Shown piece after piece: positions 51,697 through 63,662 of a stretch of 64,000 nt of DNA. The notes under the pieces were generated by a model that saw only the letters and a program-made list of their open reading frames with translations, searched no databases and was not told where the DNA came from. The stretch comes from Blasia pusilla (lineage: Eukaryota). The DNA is taken from the NCBI GenBank assembly GCA_050084515.1, contig CM114271.1:27032001-27096000 (forward strand), in the 5' to 3' direction. A program made the position numbers and the translations under genes. Every line of letters starts with the position of its first letter. Within the stretch, counting starts at the first letter, position 1.

Positions 51697-51918
51697 TATA
51701 TATCCCAAGGACAGAGAGTTTGAGAGCTCATTCTCTCTTTGTTGAACCTCTTGGCATGAGGCAGTGGAGCTATGGTCCCTTGCCTTGTGAGTGTAACCCA
51801 AGCCTCTCACTAGGAGAGTGGGTTTGGTTTGACATGAGAGAGAGTGCACACCTTTGAGAGCTATGGTGTGAGATTGTGTAGAGAGAGATTGGATCTTACT
51901 TTACAAAGAGAGAATGAG
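51697..51918 (+). promoter_or_regulatory. Retroelement TATA box, Inr-like start and self-complementary primer-binding site
   Basis: TATATA at 51697-51702. About 28 nt downstream, CTCATTCTCTCTTTGT (51727-51742) is the exact reverse complement of ACAAAGAGAGAATGAG (51903-51918), which lies right at the end of repeat A1. Confidence 0.75.
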
Positions 51919-54900
51919 AGAGTGAGAGAGCTTCATGGGGGAGCTCATTGGTCACTCGCTATTTTTTCAGGTTGGGGATCGTGTTCCCTATTCAACGGCT
52001 CATGGGAGTGCTCATTGGAGCAAGGGTTGCTTGGATTGTTCTTTGCATTTGCCGATTTTTCATGTGGAAGAGTGGCGCGCGAAAGCGCTGCCCAATTTCT
52101 GATAGGGATTGAGTATGGGGGCGGGTTGCCCCATGCCGGTGCTTTCGGGAGCATCATGTTGCTTGCTGATTTGCATTTTTACAGGTTTTACAATTTTGTT
52201 GGGAGAAATGAGCGCGGAAGCGCTGCCAAATTTTTTGTAGGAGAAAGAGACATTGGGCTTTACGACAGTCCCCGTCAATTTTTTACTGGAATGTTTGATT
52301 CTGAATATTTTTTTATGCTGGCATAGATCGTGAAGCTCTGCACGCTGTGCAACAAAAAATGCACAATTTGGAGTTGCGAGAAAAAAATTATGGTCAATCT
52401 TGCAAAATTGCTATTGCTAGGCAATTTTTAGGGTTAAATTGTGCAAACCCTAAACTAGCCGCCACACCAGCGGCGGCCGTCGCCGTCATAGTCACCATCA
52501 ACCTTCAATGGTCAATCATCACCGTCAATGGTCCACCGTCCGTTTTCCACCCTTGGTTGCCATTGCCGCCGTTACGGAGTGGAGGGTCTTCCACAACGTT
52601 CGTTGATTCTCAGACTTGCGTCGCCATCACGTACTTTGTTTTGGTCGCCACCGTCATGAACCTGTGATGGCATATGACCTCATGTTATAGTGTTTGAGTT
52701 TTGATTTCATGCTGTTATGTTGTGATTGGTAGCCGCTCAACGACGATCGAGTACCATGCCGTGACGCCCATAGCCGCAACGCGCTGCCGATTGCCGCGTC
52801 GTGCCGCTCGTGGCCGCACCGCAGCGTCTTGATCGCGGAGCCGCTCTGGCATTGTGGAGAAGAGTGTGGGTTTATTGTTGATTGAGGAGGGTATGCCTCC
52901 AAGTTCCGCATCCCATCATCGAGGCCGTGCCGTTCGTAGCCGTTCCGTGCCGCCTGCAACGCCACACCGTTTCGCTGGAACCGCACCGTCTATCGAGGAG
53001 TTTTGAGCAACGTCAGTACGGGATGAGTATGACTTGCTGATTGGAGGATTTGTGTCCATGACCGAGTTGGGGTTGAGATTTGCAGTTGTTGAGGAGCGAC
53101 ATTGACATGTGTTCAGGCTACCCATTCTGGTCCTTTACCTTGCACGTGTGATCATGAGGGATTCTGGGATTTGGGTAGTTTATTTGGGGATACTGGGTGT
53201 GTGGATGCTGAGAGCATCATTTATGTATGTGGTTTAGGGGACATAGACCTGTGTGGGATGTTCGGAGTTGAGGGTAGGTTATCGGTGAAATGATAGCCTG
53301 GTCGATTTGCCCCACCACGCCGATTATTGCCGCACGTTACATGTCTCGGGGAGGGAGAGTGTAGATCGAGTGCCGCATTTTTGGGATGAGTGATTGAGGG
53401 ATTATTCGCAAGGCAAGAGTGATCGGGTGAGAAGGGCATGAGGGTCATCACGGCGTCCGTTCGGGACTTTGAGAGGCGAGGTGGTGAACCCGAGAGCAGC
53501 TCTAGAGGTTTTACGCGGAGTGGCGTGAGGTTCTGAGGGTCTTCACTTGAGGGACCACCTCGACCTCCTTCTCTGTCATCGTCACACAAGGGGGAGGGTG
53601 TAGAGGAGTTTGTGAGCACATCGCCACACATTGTGAAGAGAGAGTCAGGAGAGGAGAGAGAGTCAGGAGAGGCTACTTCCTCTTCCACAAGTGATGTTTT
53701 AGGAGGAGCCTAGAGATCGTTCACCAAGTAGTCCCGTTGGGAGACGAGGAGCTGGAGTTTCCCGACAGGGTGGTGGAGCTGCCCGTGGAGGAGGTAGAGT
53801 ACTACCACCTAGACGTTGGACGTGAGGGTGGGATGGCTGCTCAGATACAGTAGTTGCATGAGCAGATTGCCGCTATGGCATTGAGGTTACCCGATGTCGG
53901 ATCCGTGGCATCGATATCATATGGAGCAGCCAGAGATGTGGAAGGTCCTAGTTGGATGTGCGGGGTTTCCCAGATGGAGGCCGCCGCAGTTGTGACGCGT
54001 GGAGCAGCTGCAGAGTTGGATCCACAGCGAGAGGAAGCCAGGAAACAGACAAGGCTTCCTCAGTCTTTCACGTTGTCCGAGGCGATGAGGATCCCATCGA
54101 TGGGTCCTGAAGAGCTGGTGATGTTGTTGGTGTGTAGGCATGGAGGGCGATGGGAGAAGCGAGTATGACGACTCCTATTGTTGATGCTCAGGAGGGGCAT
54201 GTGTTGAGCACGTTCTTGGGGGCGGCCACCGTTGTGTACCGCACTCCTTTATTTTCTGCTTCTGATGTTATGACGTTGGGGGGTACGCCCGCCGAGGCTT
54301 TTTGGCTGGCCGCTTCACTATGTGAGCGCAGAGTTGGAGTTCTTGCATCACGTTCAGAGGTGATTGCAGAGGAGGTGATGGACATGCCCTTGGAGCGGAT
54401 GCTCGGGCCGTCTGCGTCAGATGCATGGTAGGCTGCGGCTGCTAGGATGACGGAGATGCCCGCTAGACCCGCGATAGAGCATGCCATGGCTTCTCCTAGT
54501 GTTGTGTTGCTGGATAACCAAGGAGAGGTATTCCAGTTGGTGAGTCCCGGAGATAGAGCTTTTAGTCCATAGCGCGTCTTGTTGGATTCAGGAGCGCAAC
54601 CCCTGATGTTGGGGAAAGCGTCATTCAGAGGATTGGGCTTGACAAGAGCCGATGTGGAGTGTTGTCCATTCCAAATATAGACATCCTTTGGGTGGAGCAA
54701 GTACCACATAGTATATTCACCCGACATGAGGTCGTGGTGAGAATTCGCTGGGGACATCCTACAGATAAGTCCGTGGTGCGAGCCAAGGCGATAGTGACTA
54801 ATGCAGAGTCCTACGACGTCTTGGTTGGTGGAGCAGTGGTATATCCAATGGGGTTTGCCCTGGATTATTGGGAGGATTCAGCGTCCTACAAATCAGGATG

Positions 54901-55289
54901 GCAGTCAGGTGATGGGCGCCTTAGTTCATTATTCGTTCGATTCACAGGTGCAGTGATCGAGCAACGACCAGGAGAGATGGCGACCTTATCAGCATTTAGC
55001 AGTGCCATCACTTGGCCTAGTGATTTGATTGAGGGACATGTCCATGCAGAGGATACTCCCATTCCTGATATTTCTATGGAGAGGAGTGTTATGGTAGCTC
55101 CATCATTCCGTGGAGGAGAGGTGCCATTGTGGGGCTCGACTGAGGAGCTTCGAAGATTGGCATATGAGCACGTGCAGACCGCGTGGAGCGAGGCGTTTGG
55201 ACCGGAGCGTGACGGGTCTGAGGAACCCGAGGTAGCAAGGAGTGCTACGATGACACCCTTGGATACCACACCCATTGTGTGGTGTATCT

Positions 55290-56250
55290 TGGAGGAGGGT
55301 ATTCGAGTGTTAGATCTCTTTGGAGGGATTAGCACCGGGTTAGCTGTTGTTTTGCAGGCACGAGTGCGAGTACAACAGTACCTGTATGTGGAGAGTGATG
55401 ATGTTGCGAGGCGCGTCTCACTATGACATGTGGCGCACTTACGCCTATGTTTTCCCGACTTATTGTCTGTGTCCGCGGTACAGGGGTACCAGAGTTCCCT
55501 ACCCAGGGATATTTCGTTGTTGGGGGCGCAGGACTTAGAGCGGGTAGGGACCATTGATTTGGTCATTTCCGATTGGCCATGTGAGGGCCAATCGAGTGTT
55601 GGACGAGGAAGCGGGTTGGCTGACACTCGGTCTAGATTGTTTTGGGAGATGTTGAGGGTCTTACGGCGATTCAGAGAGCTGGTCTCATTCTCCAGCCTAC
55701 ATTCTGGAGAATGTGCCCATCTTAGGAGACTCCAGGTCACGGGTGGTGACGAGTGCTCATCAGGTGCGTGCTTGGATCGGCCCAAGCAGTATTCTTGGAT
55801 GGGGCGAGTGTAGGTTCTAGAGCCCATCGCCCGCGTCTATGGTGGACCAACTTGGTGCCTCATGCGGGGTTACGGAGGGCGTATGCGAGAGTGGAGCGCC
55901 CCTCCCATTTGTTAGTGGATTCCATTCTAGATCCAGGTCGTCGATCACAAGTAGAGAGGCACTATGATCGACCACCGCTGACTGTGGTCAACAGGGTAGG
56001 CAGGCCGCGGGCAGCCTTTCCCACGTTTGTGAGTTTTCCCGCTTCCTATGCATACAAGGAGGCCGATCCTGGCTTGGTTTGGGATGACCAGGTTCAGAGG
56101 TTGGTGGAGCCCAACGCTGACGAGAGAGAGCGGGCGATGGGATTTCCCACAGGAGGGACGGCAGTCTTGTCAGTATCAGAGGCATCATGACGCCATGTCT
56201 TGGGTCAAGCGATGGACCTGAACTACTTGATATGGATCTTCAGCTTGGGA
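55290..56250 (+). pseudogene. C5-cytosine DNA methyltransferase domain (DNMT3-like motif pattern) within retroelement pol
   Basis: Motifs in order: I IRVLDLFGGISTG (55301), II YLYVE, IV IDLVISDWPCEG (55571), V SRLFWE, VI YILENV (55701), VIII AHRPRLWWTN (55825), IX ERERAMGFP (56122), X LGQAM (56200). Interrupted by stops and frameshifts. Confidence 0.92.
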
Positions 56251-59200
56251 GTGGCTGAGCAGCGTCGGATGAGATCGCGACAGATCACAACGGTTGTGTT
56301 GGTGAGCCCCATGCCTACCGAGACAGTGGAGGCAGTGGCTAGGGGCGAGACCCGAGGAGATCGACACACCAGAGGAGATCGGGAGAGACACCCTTGGACT
56401 TCTTGGGATGTTTTGCAGGTACGCCACGAGATGATAGCCACAGCATCAAGCGTAGTTCCGAGCACTGCACGTGGAGGAGATCAGAATTTGCAGTTGGCAG
56501 CAGAAGAGCAGCCGAGTGTTGTTGTTCAAGATTGGATTGCACCATAGCAACCACCGAAACCCGCGCCAGAGAGTGTTACCATAGTCACGATCAAGACTTG
56601 GGAGCCAGATATGGGCCCTACATTGACAGGAGGAGAGCGGCACCGGATACATCAGTTCCTCAGGAGTTATAGGAGCTACTTTGCATTTAGCATGGAGGAT
56701 TTGGGTACGCTGAAGGGACCAGGGATCCGCATTGAGTTGTCAAGTGACACGCCGATCTTCCGACGACCCTACAGGTACAGTGATATGGAGAGGGCTCTGA
56801 TTCAAAGTAGGAGCTAGGACTTGGTCGGAGGAGGACTAGTGAAGATGTCCCATGGGGAGTATGCATTTGCCATTGTCATGCCCGCCAAGAAGGATGTGCA
56901 TGGCAACTGGACAGATAGGCGGATGTGTGGGGATTACCGACCTATCAATCGACAGACGAAGTCCGATAGTTATGCCATGCCCACCCTTGAGGAGATCTTT
57001 GATGCGATTGGTCACACAAAGGTCTTCAGTTCATTGGATTTGCGAGCCGGATACCATCAACTGCCTATCAGATTGGAGGACAGGCAGAAGATGGCATTTT
57101 GGGGCATCGATCCTCACGGGAAAGATTTTTTGTACCAGTGGTGGTTCTTACCATTTGGGTTAAAGAACGCCCCGACTGAGTTTCAAAGGGTCATGGATAG
57201 GATCTTGGCTGGTCTGGATTTTGCTAGGTGTTATATTGATGACATCATAGTCTTTAGCGCCACGGTTGAGAGCATGAGCGACATCTAGAGGAGGTGTTTC
57301 GACGATTGCAATTACAAGGGCTGAAGCTACATCTAGGCAAGTGCAAGTTCTTCTACAACCAGATTGAGTACTTGGGTCATACAATATACCCAGGGGGCCT
57401 TGGTGTTCAGCATTAAAAGGTAGAGGCTATCTCACGCATTCCACGCCCTACAGATGTGAGTCGTGTTTGCGCATTCATGGGATTGGCAAACTTCTATCGG
57501 CGGTACGTTAAGGGATTCAATTCAATTGTGAAGCCCCTGACCTTGCTAACAAAGGTGGATCATGAGTGGCACTCGGGGGATGAGCAAGAGAAAGCATTTC
57601 AGTTGCTCAAGGATAGGTTGACGTCTGCGCCCATCTTGAGGAGACCGAACCGGGGGCGTCCTTTCCAGTTGCACATAGATTGGAGCATGTAAGGGCTTGG
57701 AGCGGTGCTCACCCAACATGATGATGAGGGTAGAGAGTTTGTGGTGGCTTATGCTAGCCGCTCGAACAATGCTGCAGAGGTGAAGTACAACTCGTATGAG
57801 GGTGAGTGCTTGGCTGCGGTGTGGGCTGTCACGCATTTTAGGTGTTACTTATTCGGCAACCCCTTTACCATCATCACTGATCATCAACCACTTTAGTGGT
57901 TGATGGAGTCCGGTGGTTATCGACCAACTATCCGGAGGTTTCATCAGGGAGATTATGTCTACTTGCAGCAGACGGCACCGACGACGTTGTATGTGACTGC
58001 AGGGTGCACTATCTTGAGAGTGCGTGACGTTTTTCCATCCGGTGTTCTCTTGCTGGAGGGACGCGATGGTATGGTATGGAAGGACCATGTGCGTAATTGT
58101 GCACCATATCACCTTCCTAATATTGATGGTATAGTAGATCCGAGCTTAGCAGTAGTTCCTGCAGGGTTGTATGTTGTGTGGTTCTGCCCCTGGTGCGGCT
58201 ACGATGCTAGTCTATGATGGTTGTTCGAGAGGTTGGCATATGGCATGTTTGACGCCACCTCTCACTAGGGTTCCTTGGGGACGATGGATGTGTCCCAGAT
58301 GTACATAGAGGAGATACTAGGTAGGTTTCAATCCCGACTTTTTCTCTGACATGGATGACACGAAGGCGACTAACGATGGGGCCACATGAGCACCCAACCT
58401 TCTTGCTCTTAGCGTCTGAGAGATGTATGTCATGGTAGGTAGGGATAGATGGCTATCAGCAGTTAGCGGGACATAACCACCAGCTAGGGGGGCAATTGGA
58501 GATATTTTGGTACTTCTTGTCTCGTTGTTTGGATGCCATGAGTTAGCATGGGATCGTGCGTGTTTGTGTGTGTGTTCGGTGACAACGATGTATGTTGTGT
58601 AGCAATGTGTATGTGCACGACAACTGTCACGTCCTTTAGGATAGATCGGTGAGATCTAGTAGAGCGTCTTCAAGAGTAGTGTAGGACATGCCTAGGAGGT
58701 CGAGGATGACCTACTGAGGCCCCGTGAAACCTGCTCTCTCAGGTTTCCCCTTCGTTTTGGCTCATTTGGAGCCATATTGAGGAACTTACTATTTTAGGTA
58801 ACTACCATTTTGAGTATATGATAGACTTTCTATTTTTGTTAAGTGGCCATTGACCTCCTACATCAGGTCAATAGCCAAGGAGGTGACTTGGGAGAATAGG
58901 TTACCATGGAGAAAGCTTGGGAGAGGGGAGGGGTATATATCCCAAGGAGAGAGAGAGCTTGAGAGCTCATTCTCTCTTTGTTGAATCTCTTGGCATGAGG
59001 CGGCGGAGCTATGGTGCCTTGCCTTGTGAGTGTAACCCAAGCCTCTCATTAGGCGAGTGGGTTTGGTTTGACATGAGAGAAAGTGCACACCTTTGAGAGC
59101 TATGGTGTGAGATTGTGTAGAGAGAGATTGGATCTTACTTTATTGGAGATATTTTGGTACATCTTGTCTCGTTGTTTGGATGCCATGAGTTAGTATGGGA

Positions 59201-60420
59201 TCGTGCGTGTTTGTGTGTCTGTTCGGTGACAACGATGTATGTTGTGTAGCGATGTGTATGTGCACGACAGGCCTTTTCGGGCTAGAATGCTCCACCTTTC
59301 GATCATGAGGGATAATGTTGGACCGGAATGCCACAAATATCCATATATCCATCGTGGATATTGCCATGATATGGGTTTGTTTATGAAGCTTATCATGTAC
59401 ATGATCCCCATGGTAACCCCCAAGCCTACATGAGCAACATCACTCCCAAAAATGCCGACCTTCTTCTTTCTCTCCATCTTATGGACGTCAACTGGGGAAC
59501 TTGTGAGCTGAAGTGTATCTTTCCAATGAATAAAAATTTGTGTTGGAGATCCATGTAAGCAACCAATGATGACTTGAGGATGAATGAAATCTAACGGTCA
59601 TAACAACCCAACCATTGGAAGGAAGTTGAGTACGATTTGATGGCAGAAAATTGTATGTCAACGGAATGGCTTTTGACATCAGCGAATGACCTCATTCCTT
59701 GGAAAACCCTAAGCCTATTTTCCAAAGTTTTCTGAGCTGACTACTTGCAAAATGGTTTCCCACGATTGGACAGGTTTGTCCTCTTTGGAATGGTTTCCAT
59801 CGAACATTGCACCTTCTTTCGAGAATGGCCTTTGCATCTAACACGTTATTGCTCCAACATTATCGTTGCAATGTTATCGCTAGGATTCATCATTTGGTGC
59901 ATCTTTTATTAGACACCCAAGAGTATTGTTGCACGAAAGATACTAACGCTCAATATCCCGTTTGCAAAGGTCGGAGTACACGGAAAATGCTTTTTGTGTT
60001 TGGACTATTTTTTCTTGGAATTCTCTCTGTCACACATGCCTATGCACCATGGTGAACCTTTTTTTTTCCAATTTTCTTAGCAAATGTCTTCCTGCAACGA
60101 GCAATATCCTTAAGGCTTTAGAAAGTGTGTTCCTTCACAAGATGTAGTTAGGAAGGATTCGCGGGTTCTCTTGAGTGTGAACTTATGAAAAATTTGGTGC
60201 TCATGTTGAGGTACTCTTGGATTTTTCCACTCTTCCGCTCCTTCTCATATTCCACTACCCTATTGTTGTTGTGCTTATTAAACAACTTATGTAGTGTCAT
60301 TTTGGCATTAATAGGTCTTGGTAAATCTTCCCTTCGAGTTCAATCATGGCATCTACCTGTCTCCAAAGAGTTGTGTGAGGAGATTCATAGAGGATGGGGA
60401 AACCCTATACCTAGGGTCTA

Positions 60421-60585
60421 GGTTTTATTTTTTGCCTGTAGGATGCGATTGCAAAGCATGCACATCCACTTTTCCCCATCCTCTATGTATTTCTTGGGGA
60501 GAACACATATTGGAGATACATAGAGGATGGGGAAATGTGGATGTGCATGCTTTGTAATTGCATCCTAAAGGCAAAAAATAAAACC
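60421..60585. repeat. Long imperfect inverted repeat (about 73-bp arms, 19-nt loop)
   Basis: GGTTTTATTTTTTGCC...CTCTATGTATTTC pairs with GAGATACATAGAG...GGCAAAAAATAAAACC. Confidence 0.9.
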
Positions 60586-63049
60586 AAGTGCAATGAGAAC
60601 TTGATAAAAACCCACCCTGACTTGTATGAGTCATTGCTAGTCCTACTAGAAAATCCAAGTAGGCATGCTAAGGACCTAGAGATGGATCGTAAGATTGAAG
60701 TGACAAATGCCTAGAGCGAGAGAGAGTGCTCCTTAGGAAATCCAGGGATGCTCATAGGAGGGAGGCTAAAACCAGGAGGGAGCAACTCTACAGGTTGCAA
60801 AAATTCCACTCAAAGAGGTGGTTGTCTATGCAAAGGAGTCCTCATATCCCAAAACTAGGGAAGAAGCCATCACTGGTGGCTTTGATGGAGTGTAATTTGC
60901 ATATTCAGGATTCATGAAAGGATTCTGGTTGCAAGGTACCATGGCGTTCAAGCTACTCTATGGTAGCAGGGAAGAAAGTTCATAATTTTACACCAGCAAC
61001 AACAAAGTCCCCATCTACACCATTGAAAAGTAAGAAGTAAGACACTAGGATTTCTAAGCAGCTGGAAACCATTCCACCAACAGAAGATATGGGTATTGTG
61101 GAAGGCATTCCACCAGAAGTGAAAGTTGATGGTGCAGTTGCCACTCCACCCCCAAGTGAGAACTTGTCTATGGAAACCATTCCGAAAAATATTAAGGCCG
61201 ACAATGTGGATCCCACTCCACCCCCAAGAGAGAGTCTGTCTATGGAACCAATTCCATCAAGTGGGGAGTCCCTCAATGTGGATGCCACTCCGCCTACAAG
61301 ACCCTAATGCGGAAATCATTCCACCAAGGGGAGAGGGGGAATGTGTATGCAACATCACTTCCAAGAGATGATGCGACTATGGAAGCCATTCCAAACTCTC
61401 TATGTGGTGAGGTTGGGGAGCCATTCATCATGAAGGGGTCCGAGATGAGGATCATTTGGACAAGACAACTGGTTCTGAAATTTTCACCCTTTTTCATGAA
61501 GACATGGAGAATCCTTTAGCAAATTCGGTGCCATTGAAGGATCATGAAGATGTTGATGATGACACTCTTTTGAAGAAAAAACCATCCTCTAGAGAGTTGC
61601 AAGCCTTGAACAAAAATCTAGGCAAGACATTGTTGGGAGTTGCAAGAAAAGGAAGTGTTGGGAAAGGCCAAGTAGGTACTTGTGAGGAGCATGATGAGCA
61701 GGACCTTATCTCTAATACACACATCCTCAGGGATTCCAATGAGGACATTGGTAGTGAGTTACCAAGTGGCACCCACTCACAGGTGAGCAAGGCCAAGAAG
61801 GTGAAGTCCACACGAACAAGTTTGGCTCCTGCTATTAAGGAGTACATGGAATTAGGAAAGTCCAAGTTTGAAGTCCTCCAATAAATTATGGCAATCCCAC
61901 CAACCAGAGCTACCAAAAGGAAGAACAAGTACGGCCAGCTCAACTCTGGAGTGGAAAAGAAGAAGAAAAAGGTATGAATGTATGTATGAGTACCTATTTT
62001 CTTAAGGGTTTTTTTATTTCTGAAATTAATACCTTGTAGAGATGCAAGAGTTGTTTTTCTCTACCTTTAAATGTGCTCCCTTTCTTACTTTCATAATAGT
62101 TAAGCATGGATAGTAATGATATTTCTATCTTTGATTTTTTCTAGTTTTGTCGTTGCAGATGGCATAAATGGAGATGTTCCCATATCGGATCTGGGAAGCT
62201 AGTTTCCAAGATGTCTATGCCCGCTGGTTTTCAGATGCATCTCTCATGGCAGATATATAGCTTCGTTAGTTTTTGGCATCAACGCTGTAAATTTTGTACC
62301 TCTCAGATTTTGCTGAAAGGAATTTTGTAAAGAAGGCTCTTAAAGCATCTACTAGAGATATGTTGTTGGTTCTTCACTCGTACTCAAGTGACTGGCCTCA
62401 TAGTAGTAGAGTTATAATAGGTTTTGTCAAGTGGGACATGCTAGCACTTGGAATACCACCACCTTATACAAAGGGTATTTAATTCCAAATTCAAAGTGGT
62501 GGGAATTCGTAAATTCCCATGATTGCTGCAATCAAGTCATGGTGTCTTGTTCTTACATTGTGTATAATTTGGGCAGCATGTGGAATGCTGAGGTTGTGGC
62601 AAACTGTCGCAAACACACAGGTTCAAGAGCAATTCAAATGAGTAAGAAATTCTTGAACCTTCCCATGCTTACTAAACCCATCCATGCAATCAAGTGAACT
62701 TGGCCATACCAATCTTAAAAACCATTCCACTAGAAATAGAAACTATTCCATATGTCATAAATCCATTCCCACACGTCATGGAAAGCATTCCATCGACATA
62801 GTAATCTGGTCAAGTTGGAATGCAGAATGTGGATCCTCATCCAAACTTGTTCATGCACACAAAAACTTAATACATGTCTTCCCTCAAACATATCCAAAGA
62901 GATTAGTTTTTACGTCAATTGTACTCTTCTTATTGCTTATGCATCGTGGAAGCCATTCTGCACGCCATATGTTGGTTTATTTTGACACTTGTTTTTTCCT
63001 TCTTATTGACATATAGTGAAAGATTGATCAGAAACTTGGCCTCCCCGAC

Positions 63050-63656
63050 ATGACCACATGTGATATGCCCACAAGTGATAGCTCTTTAACAAGGAGGATA
63101 TTATCCATGAATAAGATTGTCATTCAAACAGATATTCCAGCAGGACTTATGACAGCCAACGACCTTTGTTGGAATGATGATCACATGGCATACATAACTT
63201 GGGAAAGATTACATGATTTCATTCTTGGCAAGAAATTTCTGGTAGTGATGTAGGGATCATACGCACCAGGGGGGAAGTGAGTATAGCAAGAGTTAGGAGT
63301 CACACTTTGGAGAATAAATGTTATGAAATCTACAACTACGATACAGAGTGGGGTCATTGTGATTTTCCATGGTCTCTGAAAGGGAACATATGCAAGCATA
63401 TTGTAAGGGCATCTTACATTCTTATATTTTCATTCTTTTCAAAGTAAATATTCCATACTAGTTTGCAGATGTACTGAAAAGGTACCATACTGAGTTTATT
63501 GTTTGAAATCTGCCATACAGATTGGTGCCTTATTGAAGGAAAATTACAATGAAGCACATTTGGTGAAATTTTTAGGAACAAGACAAGGCAAGATGGCTCA
63601 TCTCAAGCTCATAACGCAACAATCCAATGAGGAATTGAAGAATGATCCATACCAAA
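63050..63656 (+). pseudogene. Degenerate N-terminal fragment of a MULE-related (SWIM-type) transposase-like gene
   Basis: ILSM..IVIQ..TANDLCW..DHMAYITWERLHDFILG resembles, from memory, the N-terminus of plant MULE-derived SWIM proteins. It is frameshifted and truncated by the Copia segment. Confidence 0.4.
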
Positions 63657-63662
63657 CTCGAG

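Larger units (their letters stand above)
51387..59269 (+). mobile_element. Gypsy-type retroelement with split direct repeats (copy B); retains PR-DNMT-RT-RH and PHD, integrase core deleted
   Basis: A1 51387-51903, B1 58495-58622, A2 58625-59142, B2 59142-59269; TSD GGCC on both sides. Protease VLLDSGAQP at about 54576. DNMT at 55290-56250. RT with RMCGDYR, LPFGLKNAP and YIDD (57232). RH to about 57910, fused by deletion to the integrase tail and PHD (ends about 58308). Purine tract AGGGGGG before B1. Confidence 0.95.

Noticed and set aside
54886-55827. 313-aa minus-strand ORF
   Set aside because: Antisense shadow of the GC-rich DNMT region with no recognisable motifs.
55290-56250. Bacterial restriction-modification methylase or host DNMT gene
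   Set aside because: It is intronless, in line with pol inside TSD-bounded retroelement ends, has no endonuclease partner, and sits in a plant genomic context.
58625-59269. Reading A2+B2 as an ordinary 3' LTR with a damaged 5' LTR
   Set aside because: Two independent insertions with different TSDs both lack B after A1 and both have an extra B1 right after the purine tract. Random damage would not reproduce this.
42538-59269. Classifying the split-repeat elements as DIRS/Ngaro tyrosine-recombinase retroelements
   Set aside because: No tyrosine recombinase motifs were seen. An aspartic protease, Gypsy-type RT/RH, an HHCC-DDE integrase and 4-bp TSDs are present.
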